A stretch of 64,000 nucleotides of DNA, from the IMG/VR virus record IMGVR_UViG_3300031413_000001. The stretch is one strand, 5' to 3'. The stretch's first letter is position 1; every line of letters begins with the position of its first letter. Positions 35,973 through 48,400 of the stretch are shown one piece after another. This DNA comes from a virus (Duplodnaviria; Heunggongvirae; Uroviricota; Caudoviricetes). The translations under genes and the position numbers were made by a program. The notes under the pieces were generated by a model. It worked only from the letters and a program-made list of their open reading frames with translations, did no database searches and was not told the DNA's origin.

Positions 35973-36505
35973 ACAGGCGCTGAGGAACGCAAGTTCCTGA
36001 ACCCATAATGCAGCCAAGGGTGACTGGGATGTGTGCTGACACATAAAGGTATTGCCCGGGTGGCTCCGGGGGTTGGCTGCAAAGCTGGAAGTGCCCAGCT
36101 AAGGTGCAACGAGGCGGTAATACTGTCTCTAGGAGTCCGGCAGCTTTTAGCTGTCTCGGGTGGTAGATAGCGGGAATGACTCCCCTGCATCCCTTTCTAG
36201 GCGCGCGTGGAAGGGGTTAGTAGTTTCGCCGGCGAGCCAAAACCGGAAGAAACGAATAAAAGCGATGGAGCAGGCCCTGGTCATCAGTCTCCGGCCTTTG
36301 GTATCGCTCTACCACCTCAGATCGAGTCCTAGCGGACGTTGACATTGGGGGGCCAAGCGTAACTGCCCCACCGGTGCGTGGAAGATGAAAGGCATAGTCT
36401 TCTGTAGGCTGGGTGTGCCAAGTACAACATCCGTTCAAACCCCGCGTGAGGGCATGGCAGACCAGTTTCCCAAGCGCACCCAGGGAGACTACGGTCTCCC
36501 TGGAC
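35973..36505 (+). ncRNA. Candidate large structured non-coding RNA (~530 nt), family not recognised
   Basis: Nested long-range helices 36009-36017/36073-36081, 36159-36167/36308-36316, 36129-36134/36327-36332, 36261-36266/36303-36308, 36409-36418/36474-36483; GCAA and cUACGg tetraloop hairpins; no credible ORF. Confidence 0.7.
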
Positions 36506-36546
36506 CCATATGACACCTTTTACTTTGACTTTTCCCAAGCCTGTGT

Positions 36547-36552
36547 TAAATA
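36547..36552 (+). promoter_or_regulatory. Late promoter core TAAATA
   Basis: Just upstream of 36559 gene. Confidence 0.5.
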
Positions 36553-36558
36553 GGAACA

Positions 36559-36858
36559 ATGGAAAAGGAAATGACCGAGGTAGAAGCGTTCTACCAAGAT
36601 GTCTCAGATCTGCTGGGCATCGAAAGCAACTACGAATACAACCGCTACACCGTTGGTGGAAAGTATTTGACCCGCTGGAACAATCGCAAGCCCGGAAACG
36701 GCCGCTTCGAGGGTTACGGCCTTATCCGGTTCTTTGGACCGGACGTTATTCACGTGGCGATCAATCATCCCATACAGATGAGTGGAAGCTACACCAGCAA
36801 GGCCGAGGTTCTCGAGGTCTTGAAAAAAGCTCTTGACGAAGGCAAAACGGCTTCGTAA
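36559..36858 (+). CDS. Hypothetical protein (alternative start 36571)
   Basis: TRWNNRKPGNGRFEGYGLIRFFG; sits between the ncRNA candidate and the Ro60 gene. Confidence 0.7.
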   Translation: MEKEMTEVEAFYQDVSDLLGIESNYEYNRYTVGGKYLTRWNNRKPGNGRFEGYGLIRFFGPDVIHVAINHPIQMSGSYTSKAEVLEVLKKALDEGKTAS

Positions 36859-36870
36859 GTAGAGCACCCA

Positions 36871-36969
36871 GGGAAGGCAACGCTTTCCCAATGGATCGAT
36901 ACAATTCCGGTCTTCATGTCAGAGACCAACCTTGCTCGTGGGTTCACGAGCCGAACTAGGAGTACGATC
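36871..36969 (+). promoter_or_regulatory. Structured leader of the Ro60 gene
   Basis: Hairpins 36871-36889, 36909-36927, 36934-36951; closing stem 36894-36898/36965-36969 encloses the AGGAG RBS. Confidence 0.4.
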
Positions 36970-36970
36970 A

Positions 36971-38653
36971 ATGAGCACCTACACCAAGGTTTTGGCTGGC
37001 GCAATCGCGCCTCAGGCAACCCCGCAGTCGCAGCCCATCCCCGGCCGTGAGGCAGAGATGGCACAGAACGCTGATGGTGGCTTCACCTTCACCATCAGCC
37101 CCTGGGATCAGCTCGACCGATTCCTGATCCTCGGAACCGAGGGCGGCACCTATTACACCAAGGAGCAGGCACTCACCGTGCAGAACGCCCAGAATGTGCT
37201 TCGGCTCATCGGGACCGACGGTGTGCGCGTGGTCAATCGTGTAGTGGAGATCAGCGATGCAGGTCGCGCCAACAAGAACGACCCCGCGTTGTTCGTGCTG
37301 GCGCTGGCTTCGGCAAGCGATGACGAGGCAACTCGTAAGGCTGCACTGGCGGCTCTCCCCAAGGTGGCTCGCATCGGCACCCACTTGTTCCACTTCGCGG
37401 CCTTCGTGGATGGAATGCGTGGTTGGGGTCGTGCGCTCAAGCGCGCTGTAGCCAACTGGTATCTCGAGATGCCCCTGGATCGTCTGGCCAACCAGGCAAT
37501 CAAGTATCAGTCGCGTGATGGCTGGTCGCACCGCGACATGCTGCGCTTGGGTCACCCCAAGGCAGACAATGCGGAGCGCGAGGCAATCCTGCGCTGGATG
37601 AGCGGTGGCATGACTGCCGTTCAGGGTTCCGACTACGTGTATGGTTCGGACGTAATGGATAACAAGGTGGTGATGCACCGCAGCAATGCGAGCAGCATCC
37701 TTCACCCGCAGATCCAGGCGTTTGAGGCTGCAAAGGTCGCAACCAAGGCATCGGAGATCATCAAGTTGATCCAGGATGCTGATCTGTCCCGCGAGGCAAT
37801 CCCCACCCAGTTCCTCAATGAGGCCAAGGTGTGGGAGGCATTGTTGCAGAACATGCCCCTCAACGCAATGATCCGCAACCTCGGCAAGATGAGCTCCGTT
37901 GGACTGATCTCGCCCATGAGCGCCGCAGAGAAGTTGGTCAAGGCCAAGCTCAGCGATGCTGATGTAATCCGCAAGTCTCGCCTCCACCCCATGGCGATCC
38001 TCTCGGCTTTTCTGACCTACGGGTCGGGCAAGGGCGTGAAGGGTTCCAATGTCTGGCCGGTGTCGCGTAGCGTTGTGGATTCCCTGGATCAGGCCTTCTA
38101 TGGTTCGTTCAAGAACGTGGTTCCCACGGGCAAGAACACCATGTTGGCACTGGACGTTTCGGCGTCCATGACCTGGGAGAACTGCGCTGGCATCCAGGGA
38201 CTGACCCCCAGGGTTGGTTCGGCTGCCATGGCGTTGATCACCGCTAACGTAGAGAGCAGCTACGAGTTCATGGCTTTTACCAGCGGCAACGGTGGCATCA
38301 GCGAGCTCAAGATCTCCCCGCGCCAGCGGTTGGACGATGTGGTCAACACCATCAATCGCATGTCGATGGGTGGAACGGACTGCGCGCTCCCCATGGTTCA
38401 CGCACTGAATGCCAAGCTGCCCGTGGAGTCGTTTGCGGTTTACACCGACAACGAGACCTGGGCTGGCCGCATCCAGCCGAGTGAGGCACTGAAGAAGTTC
38501 CGCAACAGCATGGGCATCCCTGCCAAGCTGGCCGTTGTGGGCATGACCTCGACCGGATTCAGCATTGCTGATCCCAGGGACGCGGGCATGATGGACTTTG
38601 TTGGCTTCGATGCTTCGGCACCGGCCATCATGGCAGACTTCTTCCGCAACTAA
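36971..38653 (+). CDS. rsr: TROVE-domain Ro60/Rsr RNA-binding protein with vWA domain
   Basis: RFLILGTEGGTYY, KYQSRDGWSHRDMLRLGHP, MIRNLGKM, SRLHPM, LDVSASM and TDNETW (MIDAS). Confidence 0.95.
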   Translation: MSTYTKVLAGAIAPQATPQSQPIPGREAEMAQNADGGFTFTISPWDQLDRFLILGTEGGTYYTKEQALTVQNAQNVLRLIGTDGVRVVNRVVEISDAGRANKNDPALFVLALASASDDEATRKAALAALPKVARIGTHLFHFAAFVDGMRGWGRALKRAVANWYLEMPLDRLANQAIKYQSRDGWSHRDMLRLGHPKADNAEREAILRWMSGGMTAVQGSDYVYGSDVMDNKVVMHRSNASSILHPQIQAFEAAKVATKASEIIKLIQDADLSREAIPTQFLNEAKVWEALLQNMPLNAMIRNLGKMSSVGLISPMSAAEKLVKAKLSDADVIRKSRLHPMAILSAFLTYGSGKGVKGSNVWPVSRSVVDSLDQAFYGSFKNVVPTGKNTMLALDVSASMTWENCAGIQGLTPRVGSAAMALITANVESSYEFMAFTSGNGGISELKISPRQRLDDVVNTINRMSMGGTDCALPMVHALNAKLPVESFAVYTDNETWAGRIQPSEALKKFRNSMGIPAKLAVVGMTSTGFSIADPRDAGMMDFVGFDASAPAIMADFFRN

Positions 38654-38666
38654 GACAGCGTAGAGG

Positions 38667-38691
38667 AGGGCTCGGGAAACCGGGCCCTTTT
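38667..38691 (+). terminator. Intrinsic terminator
   Basis: AGGGCTCGG-GAAA-CCGGGCCCT-TTT. Confidence 0.8.
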
Positions 38692-38744
38692 CCATGACTA
38701 CCGAGGAAGCTCTGGTAGTTAACCTTGTGCATTAATCCACCGGA

Positions 38745-38750
38745 TAAATA
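38745..38750 (+). promoter_or_regulatory. Late promoter core TAAATA (tail tube)
   Basis: 34 nt upstream of tube ATG. Confidence 0.7.
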
Positions 38751-38784
38751 ACTGGTAACAGTTTATTCTGGAGGATCGAGCACC

Positions 38785-39369
38785 ATGGCCGAGACACTAT
38801 CAAAGTTTGGCGTACCACTTGGCGGCGGCTCAGGCCGTGGTGGTCTGCTTCAGCTCAAGTACAAGTACCGTTTCCGCGTTCGCGTAATCAACTTCGGACC
38901 AATCGCCGGTGGACTTGACTTCACCCAGCAGGTTCAGAGCGCAAGCAAGCCCAAGATCAGCCACGAACCAGTGGAAGTTCATAGCTACAACAGCACTGCC
39001 TACTATGCTGGTAAGCACAAGTGGGACAGCATCAATATCACCCTGAAGGATGATATGACCAACAACATCGCAAAGATGGTTGGTCACCAGCTGCAGAAGC
39101 AGATGAACCACTTGGAGCAGACTGCATTCGCAGCCGGCATCAACTACAAGTTCGTCACCATCATTGAGAGCATGGACGGCGGCAACGACACGGTTGTTGA
39201 AACCTGGACCCTAGAGGGTTGCTTCCTCGAGAACGTTGAGTTCAGTGAACTTGAGTACTCGGAGAGTGGTTTCCAGACGGTCGCTCTGACGATTCGTTAC
39301 GACAACGCAACGCTGGCTGATGGTCTGATGACCGCACTGCCAGAGCTGATCCCAGGTCGTCGAGTCTAA
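38785..39369 (+). CDS. gp19: Tail tube protein (gp19-like)
   Basis: KYRFRVR, YAGKHKWDSINITLKDD, WTLEGCF, LTIRYDNA. Confidence 0.9.
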   Translation: MAETLSKFGVPLGGGSGRGGLLQLKYKYRFRVRVINFGPIAGGLDFTQQVQSASKPKISHEPVEVHSYNSTAYYAGKHKWDSINITLKDDMTNNIAKMVGHQLQKQMNHLEQTAFAAGINYKFVTIIESMDGGNDTVVETWTLEGCFLENVEFSELEYSESGFQTVALTIRYDNATLADGLMTALPELIPGRRV

Positions 39370-39374
39370 TCTAG

Positions 39375-40430
39375 ATGGTTGATTCGGCCACAGGCTCTCG
39401 GAGCGGAGATTCCAACGGCAATCAGATAATGCTTGCTGACAGTCACACCGCTGCGAACACCTTTGGTCTTACCGGTGCTCAGTTTCTAAACGTTCCCAAG
39501 TCCAGGTTCCTATTCTACGTTAAGTTCCATCGAAGCCAAGCCCAAGAGGCAACTGGCGTCGGGGCTGACTGGGATAAGACCCTGGGCTTGACCGTTAAGA
39601 ACGTTGATCGCCCTCGCCTTCAGTTTAAGACAGAAACGCTCAATCAGTACAACCGCAAGAGGGTCATTCAGACCTCACAGGACTTTGAACCCATTCAGTT
39701 CAGATTCCACGACACAGTTGCTGAATCAGTTCAAAAGATGTTCGTTGATTACTATCAGTATTACTATGGAAACAGCTATCAGGAAGATGGCGGTACCAGC
39801 GTATATGATATCGTAACTGGCGAAGTTCACAACATGGGAAAGTGGGGATTCCATCCTCCCATGGCAGCACAGAACTACGGCTACTTTTTCAGTCACATCA
39901 CAGTCTATCAGCTATTTGGTGGACAAGTCAGCCAGTTCGATCTTATCAACCCCAAGGTCCGCGACTTCAATCCAGATGATTTTGATGTCTCGGCCAACGG
40001 TGCTGGTGAGATTCAGATGAGTTTTGAATACGAGAATATCGTATATTACCAGACGATGCCAGTTACCGATGAGCTCATCGCGGAAATGGGATTGGATCGC
40101 GGCCAGTATTGGGACGTTGAGACACCCGGCTATGATGGAGCCACATATGGAACCGGCAAGGGAAGCCCCGCCGGTAGCATTGGAAATGCCATCGGTAACG
40201 CACTCACACAGAACCTTGCCAGCTTGGTAACGGGCCAGGGCACACAAAGCGTTGGCGGTATCGTGTCGGGCATCGCTGGGCAGTTTGATGCAAATCGTGG
40301 TCTGGCTGTTGGTAAGACGGCCGTCACAAGTTTGAAGAACCTAGTTAGTGGAAACACCAGCAGTGCCAAACAGGGTATCCAGGGCCTGCTAAAGGGAACG
40401 CTATTTGGATCGCCCGGAAAGTTCTTTTAA
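39375..40430 (+). CDS. Tail tube-like baseplate / tube initiator protein (gp48/gp54-like)
   Basis: VDRPRLQFKTETLNQYNRKR, FHDT, FEYE tube-fold pattern; Gly-rich C-terminus. Confidence 0.65.
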   Translation: MVDSATGSRSGDSNGNQIMLADSHTAANTFGLTGAQFLNVPKSRFLFYVKFHRSQAQEATGVGADWDKTLGLTVKNVDRPRLQFKTETLNQYNRKRVIQTSQDFEPIQFRFHDTVAESVQKMFVDYYQYYYGNSYQEDGGTSVYDIVTGEVHNMGKWGFHPPMAAQNYGYFFSHITVYQLFGGQVSQFDLINPKVRDFNPDDFDVSANGAGEIQMSFEYENIVYYQTMPVTDELIAEMGLDRGQYWDVETPGYDGATYGTGKGSPAGSIGNAIGNALTQNLASLVTGQGTQSVGGIVSGIAGQFDANRGLAVGKTAVTSLKNLVSGNTSSAKQGIQGLLKGTLFGSPGKFF

Positions 40431-40867
40431 TGGCGTTCTACAATCAAGGTATCTTCCAGCCCAAGAATCCAGAGAAGTATGTGGGCGCTGGTGCGATCAC
40501 ATATCGTTCCGCTTGGGAATTGACCTTTATGAATCTTTGCGATCAGCACCCCTACATCATGCAGTGGGCTTCTGAGAGTTTGAAGATTCCCTATCAGGAT
40601 CCCTTTACGGGAAAACTTCGCACCTACATTCCAGACTTCATGATCCTCTATTACATTCCCAGCACGGGTCAGAAAAAGCTGGAACTCGTAGAGATCAAGC
40701 CAATGAGCCAGAGCGTGCCCGAAAGCGCCCGTTCCAAAAAGGATCAGGAAGCAGTTATCTTGAATGAGGCAAAGTGGAAGGCAGCCCAGCAGTGGTGTCG
40801 TGCCCACGGAGCAACGTTCCGTGTGATGACTGAAAACCAGCTGTACCGCCAGGCAGGAAAGAAGTAA
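40430..40867 (+). CDS. gp4: Head completion nuclease (gp4-like, TnsA-type PD-(D/E)xK)
   Basis: YRSAWE, WASE..IPY, YIPDF, VEIKP, N.AKWKAA..WC. Confidence 0.9.
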   Translation: MAFYNQGIFQPKNPEKYVGAGAITYRSAWELTFMNLCDQHPYIMQWASESLKIPYQDPFTGKLRTYIPDFMILYYIPSTGQKKLELVEIKPMSQSVPESARSKKDQEAVILNEAKWKAAQQWCRAHGATFRVMTENQLYRQAGKK

Positions 40868-40868
40868 C

Positions 40869-41375
40869 ATGACCAAGGCAATCACAGATGAATTGGGTCT
40901 TCCAAGCCTTCAGGATGCTCTAAAGGAAGTTGCCGGTGAGATCGCCGAGCATGAGGAGCAGAACGAAGCCGTGGACAGCATGGCCAACGCACTTCAGACA
41001 ATGAACGTGGGAGCCATCCAGCGTGCCGCTGATAGCACGGGTACCGATGAGCATATTGAGGAAGCTGACGTCATCTATGACGCCGCTATGACTGCCCACA
41101 AAGACCTGATGGATCTGGGATTCAACATTGAACCCAAGCACGCAGGTGCCAACGCATTCACTCCAGGCTTGAAGGCACTGGAAATTGCCTTGAAGGCAAG
41201 TCAGAGCAAGAACAAAGCCAAGATGGATCGCATCCGCAGCATCATGGATCAGGAAGAGCACAAGCGAAAAGCTGGTGAGGGTGTGGAAGATGGCGAGATC
41301 ATTGAAAACACCGGTGGATCGGTAACGGCCAGTCGAAGCGACATCATGGCCAAGATTCGCAACGGGGAAATCTAA
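40869..41375 (+). CDS. Possible terminase small subunit
   Basis: Helical DLMDLGFNIEPKHAG protein in the packaging region; assignment mainly positional. Confidence 0.4.
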   Translation: MTKAITDELGLPSLQDALKEVAGEIAEHEEQNEAVDSMANALQTMNVGAIQRAADSTGTDEHIEEADVIYDAAMTAHKDLMDLGFNIEPKHAGANAFTPGLKALEIALKASQSKNKAKMDRIRSIMDQEEHKRKAGEGVEDGEIIENTGGSVTASRSDIMAKIRNGEI

Positions 41376-41385
41376 CACCTTTCAA

Positions 41386-41391
41386 TAAATA
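41386..41391 (+). promoter_or_regulatory. Late promoter core TAAATA
   Basis: Upstream of 41421 gene. Confidence 0.6.
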
Positions 41392-41420
41392 GGAGAAACT
41401 CCTAGTTGAGAGGCGCGCCC

Positions 41421-42128
41421 ATGAAATCTTTCTATCATTATCTGGCTGAGTCGGCAAAGATTTACAAGTATCGCGTCAAGACTGTGGTTCAGATTGATGA
41501 CCAATTTGTTGCCACACTCCAGCACGCTCTCTTCAAGTACGACATCAAGAGTGTTGGCAAGTCCAAGAAGCTGATGGCTCAGAGGGTTCCTCTGGACTTT
41601 GGCGAGTTTCCCATGGCAGAAATCTATATCCTGGATATCGAGACTGGCGTACCCGCTAGCTCGTACATTCTTGCAACTGAGCTACGTCAGGCTCTTCAGC
41701 TACAGGAAAACATGCTGGTTGTCCGTGGTGAGAATGAGCCAATTGAGATTGAAGCACAGAAGATTGAAGAGATCCACAAGGACGATGAACACCTTGCTCT
41801 CTTGAATGACCCGGAGTTCTCCGAGGCTCAGCAGCCCAAGGAAGTTGCCTACGGTGACGCCTACAACAAGAAGTTCCTGAACTTTCTAGCACAGAAGAAG
41901 GCGGACAAGGAAGCAATTCCTGTTCCTGCTATCGAGGAAGTCAAGAAGGTTTCCAAGTTCAACTGGTTGAACAAGATTGACACAACGGTTGCAGATGACT
42001 TCAACGCGCATCTGGATACCGTTAAGCCAGTTCACGTAAACTCCAAGAAGGCAGGAGTCAAGGCTGAGAAGCCCAACCTAACTGCCAACCATGGCAACTA
42101 TGACGAGACCGTCAAGAGGAAGGGCTAA
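41421..42128 (+). CDS. Hypothetical virion/head protein
   Basis: MKSFYHYLAES start (L-x-E site); late promoter. Confidence 0.65.
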   Translation: MKSFYHYLAESAKIYKYRVKTVVQIDDQFVATLQHALFKYDIKSVGKSKKLMAQRVPLDFGEFPMAEIYILDIETGVPASSYILATELRQALQLQENMLVVRGENEPIEIEAQKIEEIHKDDEHLALLNDPEFSEAQQPKEVAYGDAYNKKFLNFLAQKKADKEAIPVPAIEEVKKVSKFNWLNKIDTTVADDFNAHLDTVKPVHVNSKKAGVKAEKPNLTANHGNYDETVKRKG

Positions 42129-42131
42129 ATC

Positions 42132-45358
<3,227 letters not shown>

Positions 45359-45373
45359 GCACCGCGTTTTCGC

Positions 45374-45379
45374 TAAATA
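45374..45379 (+). promoter_or_regulatory. Late promoter core TAAATA
   Basis: 24 nt upstream of 45404. Confidence 0.6.
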
Positions 45380-45403
45380 CCGCAACTTAGTGGAGGAAAG
45401 CGC

Positions 45404-48400
45404 ATGAGTTCACTGTTCGACAGTCTCAGTGATGAGCTATTCCAGATTCTCAAGGGTTCTGGCAAAACACTGACGCTGTTTGGAAGCGACGGTAACAAAA
45501 CCTATGACCCCAAGAAGGCGCGACGTGTCTTCGCCGTTCCCGGCAACCTAATGGTCTCCATCACGGAGGCAGGATCGGATAGTGAAGTAAAGCTGTACCT
45601 GAGCCAGAGCACGGACGTGGAGGAGATTGCTCCTCTTATCCAGACTCTTCGTCAGGTTACAACCCGCTTCAATGTTCTGTTCAACGTTCGAAAGTTTGAT
45701 CGTGAACTCAAGCCCAAGGACTTTGCCTATCAGGTCAACATGACCGAGGCGGCAATGTTTGGTAGCACCAAGACCAGCTATCAGAAGTTTGGTCCCACAA
45801 AGCTGATGGTTCGTCACACTTCCCCCGTTCGCGAGGGCGTCATTGGTGCAAGGGGAAGGAATATCCTCAGCATGTTCGTTGAAACAGCCGAGGGTGAGAG
45901 ATTCAGGTTTCCTGCCAATCACTTGAGTGGCGGTCGCGCGTTTGCCCAGCATATCAATCAGGGTGGAAAAGCCCATGATGAAGTTGGAACGCAGATCGCT
46001 CAGCTGGCACTTGAAGCAATCCAGCTGGCCTCCACAGCCCGCTACATGCACTATTCTCGTAAGACGTTAGGTGAAGAGGCAATGGCCATTCGTCCAACTA
46101 TCAAGAATCGCGTTCTCGAGATTCGTCAAGCCTTCAGTGGCTTGTCACGACCACGTGGTTACGCTCGCGTAACGGAAGCTGGCCTTCCCATGCTGCAAAA
46201 CACACTTCTAGAGGGAGTGAATGATGAGGAAGCTCGTCTTGCCACTCTACTCCAGATTGATTCCAACCATGCACTGGCCGAGGCTTTGAAGCCAGTGGCT
46301 ATACTAACTTTGGGTGAAAATATGACCAACACGAACAATCTGTTCCAAGGTGTCATCGCATTGGAAGATGCCGCCGCAGATGCTCTCGTTGAAGCACTTG
46401 CGGATGAGTATGGCCACGATGTATCGGCACTGAATCGTTCTTCGGGACTTCTTTCCTTTACTGAGGAAGCAGCATTCCAGGACGCACAGACTTACTTGGA
46501 TACCGTCCAGGAAAGCTACATGATCAATGAAGAGAACGCCATCATTTCGGCAACTCGTCAGTGGTACCAGGATCGCTTTGACGATTCTGACTACGAGCAG
46601 ACCGGTGGTATGGACAAGGACGTTGCCAAGGGTGAGGATGAACTCATCGCTGGTGTCACGGCCATCGTGCAGGGTCACATCGACATGCCCGACTTTCCAG
46701 AGCGCGGCTTCAACTTTTCCAAGGCAGCAGATGCCACGGTAAAGGCACGAAGCTACCTGGATCTTTTCGTTGCTCAGCACAAGCTGGCAAACGCTGCCAC
46801 GCTGAACTTTGTCAGCGGCATCATCGACAAGATGGCCGAGGGCAAGAAGCTGGCACCAATTGAGACTTTCATTGCCAACACTCTCGTTAAGGCACTTGAC
46901 GACGATCTTGGTATGAACGAGGGAACGGTTGATGAGAGCATGACTGACTGGGATGCCAGCCAGGGTGATCGCAATGACACGGACTTCAACATCCAGTATG
47001 TTCTGCAGGATCTATCCGCTGAGGAAGTTCTAAACTACAGCGGCAACGAGCACGTGGTAATGGGCGATGACCCACGCGAGTTCGATGCTCTGAGCCGTAA
47101 GGAACTGGTAGCCAATGCCCGCAGCCTGATCTTCAGTCAGCTGGAGGGAATGGGAACCGACGATCTTCCAATGAGCGACGCAGCTTTCCAGAAGGAAGCA
47201 GAAGCTTTTGTGGATGAGCATGTGGTCCCATATGTAAGCCAGAAGGGTTTCGAACTCAATGAGGACGACCTAACTGAGTTTGCGGCGTTTGATGACAAGC
47301 CCGAACACCACGGTATCGCAGCTGGCTCCAATGTTGCAACTGACTTGGGTGCAGGTCGTGTGATCTCCATCGAGGGTGATATCGCGACAATCGAGTTCCT
47401 GAACGGTTCGACCAAGACCCTCCACGTCGATGACATGGACTTGGTTGAAGGCTTCAGCAATGTGGCCGAGGAAGCAGAGCTTAACGAGTGGTTTGGCAGC
47501 TTTAAGCCCGAGAACGTTTTGTCTCGTTCTGAGGAAGACGATGAGTCTGATATCAATCACGTTCTTGGTGGACGCGTCAAGCAGGAAAAGCAGCCCAGGA
47601 TGTGGAAGGACCACATGGACGAGGCTTCCGGGTCGATGTACCACAGCGTGTTCACCAAGCTGGAAGATGGTTCGTGGGCACATCACTTTGATGCCGATGA
47701 CGCTGAAGATGCCAAGGATGAAGTCCGTAGCTTGAAGAACATGGGCGAAAAGTCCATTGTGATCAAGGTTCCCAAGGACCAGGCCGATTGGACTTCCATC
47801 AACCCCAATGAGTTCGTTCAGCAGCACATCGCTGGAAAGAAGTCCTCGCAGACTCTTCCAGTTGATGAGGCATACGGAAACAAGGCTCCAACGTTCCAGG
47901 CTTGGATTGAGTACAATGGCGAAGAGGATGTTGAAGTCGACGTAGAGTATTACTATGACGATGATCGTCCCGTCATTGACGAGATCAAGGTCAAGAGCAC
48001 TGGTGAGACGATTGAATACAGCACGTTGAGCCAGCATGATCAGGACTACCTGTACAATGGTGCTTCTGAGGATGCTGCTGATCGTGACGCACATGAGCGC
48101 AGCTATGCAGACGATGCCAAGAATGACGATGCTATGATGGATCGCATGTATGGCGAGTCTGAGGAACTGGATGAGCTGTCGCAGGACAAGGTCACCAATT
48201 ACTTTAGCCGCGCAGCCGGTGAACGTGGACGTGCAGAACGCAATGGTGATGAGGGCAAGGTTGGCCGTCGTGATCGTGGTCTGAACATGGCGTTCAAGAA
48301 GATGCGCGAAGATGACGAGGAGGTTCTTGGTGGAGATCTTGGTCAGGACTTGATTGATGACACCAAGGTCAACGAGGCACCCCAGGATGTCTTTGCTGGC

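Noticed and set aside
35979-36000. CTGAGGA resembling the hammerhead CUGAnGA core
   Set aside because: No stem II followed by GAAA and no stems I/III; the sequence is better explained by the AGGAAC/GTTCCT hairpin
36131-36180. AGGAGTCCGG and TAGAT...AATGAC resembling RNase P RNA conserved regions
   Set aside because: Partial matches only; P4 partner and order of conserved regions do not fit
36381-36400. AAGAT...CATAGTC resembling a group I intron S element
   Set aside because: No upstream R element or P7 partner in the right order, and the region does not interrupt a gene
36433-36441. GTTCAAACC T-loop-like sequence suggesting tRNA, tmRNA or YrlA
   Set aside because: No T-stem, acceptor stem, CCA end or tag reading frame
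35819-36559. Short ORFs in the sheath-Ro60 gap (35819-36190, 36160-36342, 36217-36516, 36329-36559) and overlapping 36510-36836
   Set aside because: No RBS, atypical composition, mutually overlapping; 36559-36858 is the better frame
40430-40867. TnsA-like nuclease as sign of a Tn7-like element
   Set aside because: Size, motifs and position match the T4 gp4 head-completion protein; no other Tns genes
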